Part shown: positions 10,393-19,153 of the stretch, one piece after another
Position numbering within the stretch: the stretch's first letter is position 1
Layout: every line of letters starts with the position of its first letter
Source of the DNA: Aeropyrum pernix K1
GTDB taxonomy: Archaea > Thermoproteota > Thermoprotei_A > Sulfolobales > Acidilobaceae
Assembly: GCF_000011125.1 (NCBI RefSeq)
Contig: NC_000854.2
Span: forward strand, 30,001 to 62,000
DNA length: 32,000 nucleotides
Direction: 5' to 3'
Notes under the pieces: model-generated
Told to the model about the DNA's origin: nothing
What the model saw: only the letters and a program-made list of their open reading frames with translations
Databases searched by the model: none
Position numbers and translations under genes: made by a program

Positions 10393-10401
10393 GAGGGGTC
10401 A

Positions 10402-11106
10402 ATGTTGACGCACTACAAGACAGAAGTACTTAGAGTGGTTGTAGTTGAGGCTCTGAGGAGGGCTAGGTCTAGAGGAGTGACATACAGGGAACTAGCTGAA
10501 GCAACAGGGGTTGATGAGACGCTCCTAGCCAGGTATGTCTCGGGAAGGGTTATGCCTGGGGCTAGACAGGCGGAGAGGATCTGGAAGGGGCTTCTGGACA
10601 TCCTCGGTCCGGCTAGGCTTCTTGCGGAAAGTCTTGAGAAGGGTAGGTTGGACGTGGAGGCGGCGCTAGGAGACCCTTTATTCGTGGTTATGTCTCAGCT
10701 CTACTTTCTAGACAGGATTAAGGCTAGGGTGGACAGGATCCTTGTTCCCGAGGCTGCTGGTATAGGCCTTGCGACGGCGCTCGGCATCGCTCTAGGAGTT
10801 CATGTTGTAGTCGCTAGAAGGACTAAGGAATACACGTGGGCCGAGTATGTGGAGGCGGGTTTCGAAGACCCGGCCAGTGGTAGGAGCATGATTTTCTACG
10901 CTAGGAAGGACCTGTTGAGCGGGGCTGAGTGGATCCTTATTGTAGACGATATTGTTCAGACGGGTAGGACTCTCCACGCCATGGAAAAGATTGTGGAGAG
11001 TGTGGGTGGAAGAGTTGCCGCTATAGCCGCTGTTATAGTAGTTGGTAGTGAGTGGAAGCGGTTTGTGAGGAGCAGGGTTATACCGATCCTAGAAATAGCT
11101 CGATAA
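10402..11106 (+). CDS. N-terminal helix-turn-helix plus C-terminal phosphoribosyltransferase-like transcriptional regulator (GfcR/PurR-type architecture)
   Basis: HTH VTYRELAEATGVDETLLARYVSGRVMPG followed by the PRPP-binding motif WILIVDDIVQTGRTLHAM; next to a nucleoside-type ABC transporter locus. Confidence 0.8.
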   Translation: MLTHYKTEVLRVVVVEALRRARSRGVTYRELAEATGVDETLLARYVSGRVMPGARQAERIWKGLLDILGPARLLAESLEKGRLDVEAALGDPLFVVMSQLYFLDRIKARVDRILVPEAAGIGLATALGIALGVHVVVARRTKEYTWAEYVEAGFEDPASGRSMIFYARKDLLSGAEWILIVDDIVQTGRTLHAMEKIVESVGGRVAAIAAVIVVGSEWKRFVRSRVIPILEIAR

Positions 11107-11125
11107 TACAGTATACGCAATGCAT

Positions 11126-11146
11126 AATTTACAATAATTGTAAATT
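11126..11146. promoter_or_regulatory. Perfect 10+1+10 inverted repeat AATTTACAAT-A-ATTGTAAATT, candidate operator for the BMP transporter locus
   Basis: Read directly: both 10-nt arms are exact reverse complements; lies about 75 nt upstream of the 11221 TTG start, in the intergenic region after the HTH-PRTase gene. Confidence 0.6.
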
Positions 11147-11220
11147 GTTTTGGTGTCTAGCTGTAAGAAGACAATATAGGTTTTACACATAATGCAGGTT
11201 TTACTGGAGGCGGTTCGGGG

Positions 11221-12510
11221 TTGAGCATGAATCGTAGAGACTTCCTAAAGCTGGCCGGAGCCGCTGGAGCCGGTCTTGTTGTCGGAGGTCTGGGAGGATA
11301 CATACTGTCCGCCCCAAGAAAACAGCAGTCCCAGGCACCCACTGGAGGTGGTCTCAGCCTCAAGGCTCTCTGGATTTATGTGGGCCCCGTCGAGGATTAT
11401 GGCTGGACGCGGGCCCACCACGACGGGCATATGAAAGCACGCAGCAAGCTTGGCTGGCTGGAGTCATCCTACATAGAGACCGTGTCCGAGGATAAAGCAT
11501 ACGACGTTATAAAGGCTCAGCTCGACGCCGAGGGTTATGACGCCGTGTTCGCAACTAGCTACGGGTACATGGACGCTCTCAAAAGGCTAGCCACAGAGTA
11601 TCCCGACGTTAAATTCTACCACTGCAGCGGGCCATGGGAGGAGTTCAGGGATCTTCCAAACGTCTCAACCTACTTCGCAGAGTTCTACCAGCTCTACTAC
11701 CTTAACGGCCTTGCGGCAGCAGGCGCCACAGAAACCTGTAACCTGGGCTACATTCCGGCATTCCTCATACCAGAGGTTGTCAGACACATAAACGCCTATG
11801 TAATCGGTGCCGTTGAGGGTGCAAAGGTCCTGGGAAAGTGTGGAGATGGGCGCAATATACGGGTACTGGTTACGCCGCCCCTCAACAGCTGGTTCGCACC
11901 CGATAAGGCTAGGGATGCGGCGAGGCTCTTGGTAGAGACTTACGATGTGGATGTGATAGCGTATACTGAGGACACTACTGCAGTACTGGAGACAGCGGAG
12001 TCCTACTGGGACCAGGGGGTGAAGGTCTACAGCTTTAGCCACTATACCGACATGTACGCGTACTTCAAAAGCCAGGGTAAAACGTTGAGGAGCCATTTGA
12101 CAGGCCAGATATCGGACTGGGGGCCGATATACGTAGACCTGCTCGTCAGACAAGCGGCTGGCGTATACGAGAAGATCGATATATGGGCTAGGCTTGGAGA
12201 CTACACACCCATACGTTGGGCTAAGAGCCCTAGCGAAAGCCTAGCCGGCTCGCCAGAGGGGGCTGTATACCTGGCCCCTCTAAATACCGAGGCCATTCCA
12301 GCCAAGATGCTCGAGCATATTAAGCTGAGGTACGAGCAGATGAAGGAACTCCTATTCGAGCCCTTCACAGGCCCGATCAGAGGCTACAGCATCGACGCCC
12401 AAGGCAGGCCGCAGGAGGATCCCAAGCTGAAGGTGAGAGAGGGGGAGAGGCTGGGAAGGAACCCATTATGGGTTATGGACTGGCTCCACGAGAACGCTGA
12501 AACACTCTAG
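11221..12510 (+). CDS. BMP-family (basic membrane protein/nucleoside-type) ABC transporter substrate-binding protein with Tat-type signal
   Basis: MNRRDFLKLAGAAGAGLVVGGLGGY twin-arginine leader; VGPVEDYGWTRAHHDGHMKA, VFATSYGYMDALKRLATEYPDVKFYHCSG, YLNGLAAAGATE typical of BMP proteins. TTG start at 11221 with GGAGG 10 nt upstream; ATG at 11227 is the alternative. Confidence 0.9.
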   Translation: MSMNRRDFLKLAGAAGAGLVVGGLGGYILSAPRKQQSQAPTGGGLSLKALWIYVGPVEDYGWTRAHHDGHMKARSKLGWLESSYIETVSEDKAYDVIKAQLDAEGYDAVFATSYGYMDALKRLATEYPDVKFYHCSGPWEEFRDLPNVSTYFAEFYQLYYLNGLAAAGATETCNLGYIPAFLIPEVVRHINAYVIGAVEGAKVLGKCGDGRNIRVLVTPPLNSWFAPDKARDAARLLVETYDVDVIAYTEDTTAVLETAESYWDQGVKVYSFSHYTDMYAYFKSQGKTLRSHLTGQISDWGPIYVDLLVRQAAGVYEKIDIWARLGDYTPIRWAKSPSESLAGSPEGAVYLAPLNTEAIPAKMLEHIKLRYEQMKELLFEPFTGPIRGYSIDAQGRPQEDPKLKVREGERLGRNPLWVMDWLHENAETL

Positions 12511-12607
12511 CTTTTCACAGAATAGACCATTTTATCCCTCAGAATGCAAACCACTATAGCGTGCCCAGGGCTTAGCAGGTTTACCCGGCTGTCAAGGTGG
12601 GAACAGA

Positions 12608-14086
12608 GTGTTCAAGGGGCTCGCTGTAGAGGACCTCGACGTCGTATACCCGGGGGGAGTGCACGCGCTTAAAGGGGTTACGGCTAGCTTTCCGGCAGGG
12701 GTAGTGACGGCTCTACTAGGCGAGAATGGGGCTGGGAAGACAACTCTCCTCAAGGCTATAATGGGTGTGGTAAAGCCGAGGAAAGGGAGAATACTGGTAG
12801 ATGGCTATGAGCTACGTCCCAAAGGGCCCGGTGACTCCCTCAGGAGCGGTATATACATGGCTAGCCAAAACCCTCCGGTGTATCCCGGTATCAAAGCCTA
12901 CGAGGACCTCGCTGTGACCCTCATGGTAGCCGGGAGGAAGGCAGGTCTAAGACAGGCTAGGACAATGCTAGCTGAAGCGTCTGAGGCTCTCGGATTAAAT
13001 ATAGATCCCGATAGGTACTTAGGGGAAATGGGGTTTTCGGAGAGGCAGAGACTCGAGGTTATTAAAGCCCTAGCCCTAGGCTCCAGAGCCGTGCTCCTAG
13101 ACGAGCCAACCACACACCTCACACCAGAGGAGGCGGCCCGAATGCTTGAAGCTGCAGGGCGCTTAGCGGCTTCTGGAGCCGCTGTACTTCTTGTCACCCA
13201 TAGGATAGGAGAGGCTATGGAGCATGCTGACAGGCTTGTCATCCTGAGGAAGGGTGTCAAGGTCTACGAGGGCCCGCCCCCCTCGTCGACAGAAGAGGTT
13301 GCTAAGCTTATGTTCGGCGAGGTCCTCGCACCCCGAGAGCCCAAGACGTTTACAGCTGCCACTTCTACGGGCAGGCCTGTACTCAGTGTTGACAGAGTCT
13401 CACTCCCCCCCAGGCTTAGGATGGCGAGGCTTGAAGTTCGACAGGGCGAGGTTGTTGGAGTGGCTGGCGTCGCAGGAAACGGTCAGGAAGAGCTTTTCGA
13501 GGTGATAGTAGGCCTTAGGAAGCCTGCTAAAGGGAGAATACTAATAGCCGGCGTCGATGTGACTCGAGCTCCACCGCTAGCCAGAAGAAGGCTAGGCCTC
13601 GGCGTGATCCCTGAGGAGAGGCTGGGCCACGCACTGGTTCCTGGAGAATCTATAGCGTTTAACATAGCCCTTTCAATCCACACAGCAAGGGACGGCTTTA
13701 TTGTGGACTGGCGCTACTATGAGAAGCTTGCTGAGGAAATGATTAGGGATATGGGGATAAAAGCGGTAAGCCCGAGGCAGATGGTTGACGAGCTTAGCGG
13801 GGGCAACATGCAGAGGCTCGTACTAGCGAGGGAGCTCTGGCTCAAGCCCCGCCTCCTGGTTGCTATGAACCCAGCCGCTGGTCTCGACCTGGAGGGTCAG
13901 CAGGCTGTGGCGGAAATGATGAGAATGTCCTCGGAGAGGGGGGGAGTACTGGTTATCGATGAAGACCTAGACTTCCTTCTCCGGGTGTCAAACAAGATTT
14001 ACGTTGCGAGTGGCGGGATAGTCAAAGGGCCTTACCTGCCTACCGAGGAGAAGTCGATTGTGACTGCAATGGGGGGGCTCGAGTGA
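12608..14086 (+). CDS. Dual-domain ABC transporter ATP-binding protein (simple sugar/nucleoside type)
   Basis: Two ABC cassettes: GENGAGKTTLLKAIMG with FSERQRLEVIKAL and VLLDEPTTHLTPEEA; then GVAGNGQEELFEVIVGLRKP with LSGGNMQRLVLAREL. Confidence 0.94.
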   Translation: MFKGLAVEDLDVVYPGGVHALKGVTASFPAGVVTALLGENGAGKTTLLKAIMGVVKPRKGRILVDGYELRPKGPGDSLRSGIYMASQNPPVYPGIKAYEDLAVTLMVAGRKAGLRQARTMLAEASEALGLNIDPDRYLGEMGFSERQRLEVIKALALGSRAVLLDEPTTHLTPEEAARMLEAAGRLAASGAAVLLVTHRIGEAMEHADRLVILRKGVKVYEGPPPSSTEEVAKLMFGEVLAPREPKTFTAATSTGRPVLSVDRVSLPPRLRMARLEVRQGEVVGVAGVAGNGQEELFEVIVGLRKPAKGRILIAGVDVTRAPPLARRRLGLGVIPEERLGHALVPGESIAFNIALSIHTARDGFIVDWRYYEKLAEEMIRDMGIKAVSPRQMVDELSGGNMQRLVLARELWLKPRLLVAMNPAAGLDLEGQQAVAEMMRMSSERGGVLVIDEDLDFLLRVSNKIYVASGGIVKGPYLPTEEKSIVTAMGGLE

Positions 14087-15018
14087 GGAGGACGGCCAGC
14101 ATAGGAGTGGCTGTACTATCCACAATAATTGCAGGAATCATGTTATCCTTCATAGGACCAGGGCCTGCAGCTTTTGTCGAGGGCCTGATTAAAGCCGCCA
14201 CTACTCCCAGTCTTGTCTCTTACAGTGTGATTTACGCTGCCATACTTGTGGCGGCAGCCTCTGGCCTTGTGCTGTCGTATAGGGCTGGCTTGATAACTAT
14301 AGGCGTTGAGGCCCAGGTTACAGCCTCGGCTGTCGCAGCCCTTTACGCTCTAGCCTATGCAGGGTTAGGCCTGCCAGGCGCTCTAACCCTGGCCGCTATT
14401 GTGTCTCTAGCTATTGGCATTGTCATAGCCGCCCTTAGAGTTTATCTGGATGTTAACGAGATACTCTCAAGCCTCATGATAAACTATATAGTGTTGTACA
14501 TGGTTAACGGGCTCGTATCAGGACCTCTGCGCGAGGGAGCTTTCACAAAAACAAGGAGTATCGAGGCATTCGTCGGACCATTAGAAGCAGGGCTAGCGGC
14601 CGTTTCAATGGCAGCCCTATCCTGGATATTACTCGAACGCACTAGCCTAGGCATATCGCTAAGGGCATCAGGCCCGGCGCCCCGAGCAGCAGACATTTAT
14701 ACTATTGGAAGGGCCAGGGCTATGCTGCTTTCAAGCCTGCCCCAGAGTCTGGCGGCCGCTGCAGCAGGATTAATACTATTGGGAGGGATACAAACAGTAT
14801 TCACCGCCCTCAAACAGCCCCAGGGGTATGGTTACGCCGCTGTACTCGTATCATGGATGGCGGAGCTGTCTCCAACCACGCTTATTCCTGTAAGCCTGTT
14901 CTTCGCCTGGATAGCCGGAGCGGGATTCATACTCCAGGCTTACGGAATGCCCTCAAGCCTGGTTCTCCTCCTACAGAGCATAGCACTCACGGTCTACATG
15001 GTGGCGCGGAGGTTGTAG
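14083..15018 (+). CDS. ABC transporter permease (BPD_transp_2 type, nucleoside/sugar)
   Basis: Overlaps the ATPase stop by 4 nt; multi-TM; GLVLSYRAGLITIGVEAQVT, NEILSSLMINYIVLYMVN. Confidence 0.92.
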   Translation: MRRTASIGVAVLSTIIAGIMLSFIGPGPAAFVEGLIKAATTPSLVSYSVIYAAILVAAASGLVLSYRAGLITIGVEAQVTASAVAALYALAYAGLGLPGALTLAAIVSLAIGIVIAALRVYLDVNEILSSLMINYIVLYMVNGLVSGPLREGAFTKTRSIEAFVGPLEAGLAAVSMAALSWILLERTSLGISLRASGPAPRAADIYTIGRARAMLLSSLPQSLAAAAAGLILLGGIQTVFTALKQPQGYGYAAVLVSWMAELSPTTLIPVSLFFAWIAGAGFILQAYGMPSSLVLLLQSIALTVYMVARRL

Positions 15019-15021
15019 GAG

Positions 15022-15867
15022 ATGGTGGAGATTGTGATATCAGCAGTCTTAACAACACTCATACCACTGAGCCTAGCCGCTCTGGGCGAGGCTGTATTAG
15101 AGAGGACTGGCCGAGTCAACCTCGGGGTGGACGGTCTAATGGCTGTAGGAGCCGCTGTTGGGGCTCTGGCGGGAGTCGAGACTGGCAGCCTCCTGGCGGG
15201 CCTGGCAGCTGGGGCTCTAGCAGGAGGTGTCGGAAGCCTCTCCTACATCATCCTCACAGATAGGCTAGGGGTAAACATGATAGTAGCTGGCCTCCTAGTC
15301 TTCTTCGCCGGCATTGGATTAGGCGATCTCGTGGGATCAAAGATAGCTGGGCGGCCGGGGCCCGTGCTGACAAGCCTCTACACAACGGCAGCCACAATCG
15401 GTATCGCAGCGGTAGCACTTCACCTAATACTCTACAACACAGTCACGGGAACAGCTCTCAGGGTTGTGGGGGAGAATCCGGCTGCGGCCAAGGAGAGGGG
15501 GGTGCCCGTTTGGAGGCTCCGCCTTTCAGCAGCTCTAGTTCAAGGTTTGTCCGCGGGCCTTGCAGGATACATCATGGTAGCCGGCCTCAGCTATGGTAAA
15601 TGGTACAGCGGCGTTACGGCAGGGTTAGGCTGGGTGGCTCTTGGAATAGTGATACTAGGTTACTGGACCCCCATTGGAGTCTTAATAGCCTCCACAGCGG
15701 TTTCCACAGTCTTCAGTATGAGAACACAAATAGCAGCCGCGACAGGTATACCACCGCTAGCAGACGCCATACCCTACATCCTAGTACTCATACTCCTCGC
15801 GGCCGGCACACATCTTTATGAAAGGATCGGACTCCGGCCACCCGCATCAATATGGCGCAGGAGATAG
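15022..15867 (+). CDS. ABC transporter permease (BPD_transp_2 type), second subunit
   Basis: Immediately follows the first permease; ERTGRVNLGVDGLMAVGAAVG, VGENPAAAKERGVPV, GLGWVALGIVILGYWTP. Confidence 0.92.
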   Translation: MVEIVISAVLTTLIPLSLAALGEAVLERTGRVNLGVDGLMAVGAAVGALAGVETGSLLAGLAAGALAGGVGSLSYIILTDRLGVNMIVAGLLVFFAGIGLGDLVGSKIAGRPGPVLTSLYTTAATIGIAAVALHLILYNTVTGTALRVVGENPAAAKERGVPVWRLRLSAALVQGLSAGLAGYIMVAGLSYGKWYSGVTAGLGWVALGIVILGYWTPIGVLIASTAVSTVFSMRTQIAAATGIPPLADAIPYILVLILLAAGTHLYERIGLRPPASIWRRR

Positions 15868-15960
15868 TCTACTAGCAGAGGCATGACCGAGTTCTAGACA
15901 TCCCTTTTTACCTTCAGGATACCACGTATATGAGCGTGACAGACAGGAGGTTAGTTTAAA

Positions 15961-16422
15961 TTGAAGATAGCCATAGCTTCTGAAAAGGCAAGTGAGCCCG
16001 TTTTTAGAGTAGCAGGAGGCCATTTCGCACACGCCCCCATCTTCCTGATCTACAAGGTTGATAACGGTGTTCCAAAGCTTGAGGAGATCAGGGAAAACCC
16101 TCTAGCCGCGATCCCCGACGAGGACGCGGGCGGAGACGTACATCACCACCATCATCACAAGGGGCTTCACGGCCCAAGCAAGTATAAGTACCTGAAGGAT
16201 AACGTGCTGAGCGACGTGAACCTCATAATAGCTGGTGGAGCGTGCATGACAAGCATAGCATACTTCCTCAGCGAAGGAGTCAGCCTGTCATTTGCCGATC
16301 CAGGCACCCCTGCCGATGAGGTCCTAAAAGCGGCAGTAGAGAAGGCATCAGAAGGGAAACTACCAGAGATTTCTGTATACGCCTGGGGGAAGCTAGTAGA
16401 TCCGGACGAGATAGAAGAATAG
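15961..16422 (+). CDS. NifX/NifB-like (dinitrogenase iron-molybdenum cofactor biosynthesis) domain protein with an internal His cluster
   Basis: MKIAIASE...VFRVAGGHFAHAPIFLIYKVDNG...NPLAAI...VLSDVNLIIAGGACMTSIAYFLSEGVSLSFA; TTG start after AGGAGGT. Confidence 0.8.
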   Translation: MKIAIASEKASEPVFRVAGGHFAHAPIFLIYKVDNGVPKLEEIRENPLAAIPDEDAGGDVHHHHHHKGLHGPSKYKYLKDNVLSDVNLIIAGGACMTSIAYFLSEGVSLSFADPGTPADEVLKAAVEKASEGKLPEISVYAWGKLVDPDEIEE

Positions 16423-16554
16423 CATAACCTAAATTTCCGGTCCAGATCCAGACTATCCAGCCCCCTTTCCATTCCATTGCGGTTTTACATACACAAAGTT
16501 TTGTAAACCCTATGTGTGAGCCCGGATGCTACTAAAAATAAATTCTAAATACCA

Positions 16555-16591
16555 GGTGCTCTCGTTAAACACCCCATTAACGAGAGGCACC
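16555..16591. promoter_or_regulatory. Strong hairpin GGTGCTCTCGTTAA-acacccca-TTAACGAGAGGCACC upstream of the dUTPase-like gene
   Basis: 14 base pairs with one bulged G and an 8-nt loop, read directly; flanked by TATA-like AAAAATAAAT and ATTTAAAG. Confidence 0.6.
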
Positions 16592-16628
16592 CATTTAAAG
16601 TTTAGCATGAAGAGAGGTGAGTGCAGCC

Positions 16629-17108
16629 GTGTTCCTAAGCGGAAGAGATCTAGTGTTACTGGGTGTCGTCAAAGGTCATAGCAATGGCGCAATCCAGCCC
16701 GCAGGCGTCGATTTAAGTGTAGGAGAGATAGAATCGCTGGCTGATGCGGGATTCCTAGGCGAAGAGGACAAGATAATGCCTAAAGGGGATAGAATACAAT
16801 GTGAATATGGGGTTTGCGAGCTAGAACCCGGTGCTTACAGGCTTAGGTTCAACGAAGTAGTATCTATACCTCCTGGACACGTGGGCTTCTGCTTCCCCCG
16901 AAGCAGCTTGCTCAGAATGGGGTGCTACCTCGGCTGTGCAGTCTGGGATCCGGGCTATACAGGTCGAGGCCAGGCTATGCTTCTAGTGGCCAACCCTCAC
17001 GGCTTGAGATTGGAGATGGGATCCAGAATAGCTCAATTAGTTGTAGCTAGGGTGGAAGGACCTCTGACTAGTCTGTATAAGGGTGACTACCAAGGCGAGG
17101 GCTTATAA
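16629..17108 (+). CDS. dut: dUTPase/dCTP deaminase family protein
   Basis: MFLSGRDLV, IQPAGVDLSV, FPRSSLLRMG, AVWDPGYTGRGQ, GSRIAQLVV, YKGDYQGEG. GTG start at 16629 preferred because AGAGGTGA sits about 9 nt upstream; the ORF track start is 16617. Confidence 0.85.
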   Translation: MFLSGRDLVLLGVVKGHSNGAIQPAGVDLSVGEIESLADAGFLGEEDKIMPKGDRIQCEYGVCELEPGAYRLRFNEVVSIPPGHVGFCFPRSSLLRMGCYLGCAVWDPGYTGRGQAMLLVANPHGLRLEMGSRIAQLVVARVEGPLTSLYKGDYQGEGL

Positions 17109-17134
17109 TTTTCTAATCATCCTGGGACTTAGAA

Positions 17135-17773
17135 TTAACCTCTTTGGAGCCCCAGTATGCTTTTGGGGACCCAAAGTATGATTATATCCCCAGCAACGTT
17201 TGATATTTTGTCAATAATGCTCTCCAAACCCTTCACGCTAGCCTTCTTCCCGACGCCAGGATCGTTTAGGTAGCTGGCAAGCTCCTTAACGCACACCCCC
17301 AACTCCCTGCTACTAGTATCTAACACAATGTGGAGCCTCTTTCCAGAATCGCCGCTCACAATAAATATTATCATACTGTTGCCAGGATTTCGAGAAAGCG
17401 TTAGATGTCTTTCTATTATGGATATTAGAGAGGTTATAGTCTTCCCCCTCACACGTGCAATTACTGAGCCCCCTATCAATGATAAAGCTACCACCATAGG
17501 GTTACATGCTACTTTCGAAAGATGTTTGGACGGTGTAAATTTTTCTAGGAGATAGGTTTCGGGCATTGCTGTGTTATCGCTGGCTAAATCTTTCGCTTGC
17601 TGCTCGGCGTATGTGGCTGGCTCTATAGTTGGCTCCTGCGTTTTTTCTTCTGTTGATGATGGAAGTGGGCCGGTCATATATAAGCACCCCTTTGGGAAAC
17701 GGGTGGTAGCTCCTTTTAAACCCCTGGCCACTATTAACCCGTTTCCCTCCAAATATTTGCGATTGCCAGACAA
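17135..17773 (-). CDS. Hypothetical protein, possibly starting at the internal ATG at 17677
   Basis: No other ORF of comparable quality here. The minus strand carries TATA-like GTTTAAAAGG about 35-45 nt upstream of the 17677 ATG (MTGPLPSS...). Confidence 0.5.
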   Translation of the reverse strand: MSGNRKYLEGNGLIVARGLKGATTRFPKGCLYMTGPLPSSTEEKTQEPTIEPATYAEQQAKDLASDNTAMPETYLLEKFTPSKHLSKVACNPMVVALSLIGGSVIARVRGKTITSLISIIERHLTLSRNPGNSMIIFIVSGDSGKRLHIVLDTSSRELGVCVKELASYLNDPGVGKKASVKGLESIIDKISNVAGDIIILWVPKSILGLQRG

Positions 17774-17939
17774 AGTTTAAAAGCTGATTAACCCCTGTGT
17801 AATACCGTATCCGTTAAATACAAGTTATCATTATATAGTTTTTTAGCAATAAAAGGCTTCTTCGTTGTAATTAAAACACCAAGTTTTTCATGCTGCAAAC
17901 TCATTCACTCTTAGTTAGTCTCTCGCGGCTATGTACCTT

Positions 17940-19013
17940 TTACTCCAAAATTGTTCCGGGTTTCAACGGTCTTGGCTTCCCTAATAGCCTGCCCTCCCTC
18001 GCCACTTCAACATTCCTGACTTTAAACCTCTCCTCAAGACTAACACGGCCTCTTTCATGGTATGATAAGGCTTCCCAGTATCCATCAACATATTCATCCA
18101 ACAAAACTATTTTCTCAACCCACTTAGCGTGCTTCCAGCCGTAGAGGCTTGGTATGAAGATCCTCGCCGGATAGCCGTTCTCCTCTGGCAAAGGTCTCCC
18201 GTCTAGAAGTAAAGCTACCATGCTTTCATCCCGAAGTGATTCTTCAAGAGGTATGACGGTTGTGTAGCCTCCGGTAGACACGATGGCAACCCAATTAACA
18301 CTAGGTCTTGGTTTTGCCATGTGTATAAGGTGCTTCAGGCTAATACCTTCCCAAACTCTCCCCATCACGCTCCAGCCAGTTACACAGTGGAAATCGAACC
18401 TGCCTCTATCTGATGCAAGCTCAAGGAGGTCGCTGTACGCGAGGCTCAAGGGTTTTTCCACGTTACCCTCTATCCTCAGTCGCCACCCTTTGGTGTCCAC
18501 CTTTTGGAGCCCCTCTGCAGCATATATGATGAACTTTGGGACGATCTTCTGGCCATAGGGCATTTTATCCCTCCCTGGTCCAGAAGGTCTTCTCAGCATA
18601 ACAAGCTCGAGGACCTCACCCTCCCTAACGTCTCTACCCTCGCTTAACTCCTCTAGAATGGGAGCCTCAACAGAGGCCACGCCTAAAAGGGCCCCCGTAA
18701 TGTTTATCACGTATCCCCCACTCTCTACAACCCTAATAACACCAAGGGTTCTCCCGTTACCCTCGAGTTCAAAACTAAACAGGTTGAACCTGTCTCCAAG
18801 ATATTCCCACCCTCTAAACTTGGCCACGCTGGCCTGAACCCCTAGCATCTTCGATAGGAAGGATGAGGCTTCTCTAGCGGCCTCCTTAATATCCTTGTAG
18901 CCTTCAATGCCCTTCATATCCGAAGTACATTCAAAGGGATAAGGTAGGCCAAGTATCGCTGACAGACTGCTCTTTCTGATTATACATCCCAATACACTGC
19001 CTTTAAGAGGCAA
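17940..19013 (-). CDS. Sulfite oxidase-like molybdopterin-dependent oxidoreductase with N-terminal extension
   Basis: FDFHCVTGWSVMGRVWEGISLKHLI (Moco Cys ligand region), IVSTGGYTTVIPLEESL, GYPARIFIPSLYGWKHAKWVEKI, DGYWEALSYHERG. Start more likely the ATG at 18917 (MKGIEGYKD). Confidence 0.85.
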   Translation of the reverse strand: MPLKGSVLGCIIRKSSLSAILGLPYPFECTSDMKGIEGYKDIKEAAREASSFLSKMLGVQASVAKFRGWEYLGDRFNLFSFELEGNGRTLGVIRVVESGGYVINITGALLGVASVEAPILEELSEGRDVREGEVLELVMLRRPSGPGRDKMPYGQKIVPKFIIYAAEGLQKVDTKGWRLRIEGNVEKPLSLAYSDLLELASDRGRFDFHCVTGWSVMGRVWEGISLKHLIHMAKPRPSVNWVAIVSTGGYTTVIPLEESLRDESMVALLLDGRPLPEENGYPARIFIPSLYGWKHAKWVEKIVLLDEYVDGYWEALSYHERGRVSLEERFKVRNVEVAREGRLLGKPRPLKPGTILE

Positions 19014-19153
19014 GCGATGCCACCCAAAATAGACTTAATATGTTGAGATAGTTTAAGAGATCTCGATAATACCTCTCGCTCAAATTTCTAAAGAGTATAG
19101 CTATGGATATGCAAATGCCAAACTCAAATTCTTAAGTTTCAAAAATTTAACCG

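Noticed and set aside
11665-12153. Minus-strand 162-codon ORF inside the BMP substrate-binding protein gene
   Set aside because: Antisense shadow of a conserved CDS.
14853-15263. Plus-strand 136-codon ORF across the permease junction
   Set aside because: Out of frame with both conserved permeases, low-complexity Gly/Arg/Ser composition.
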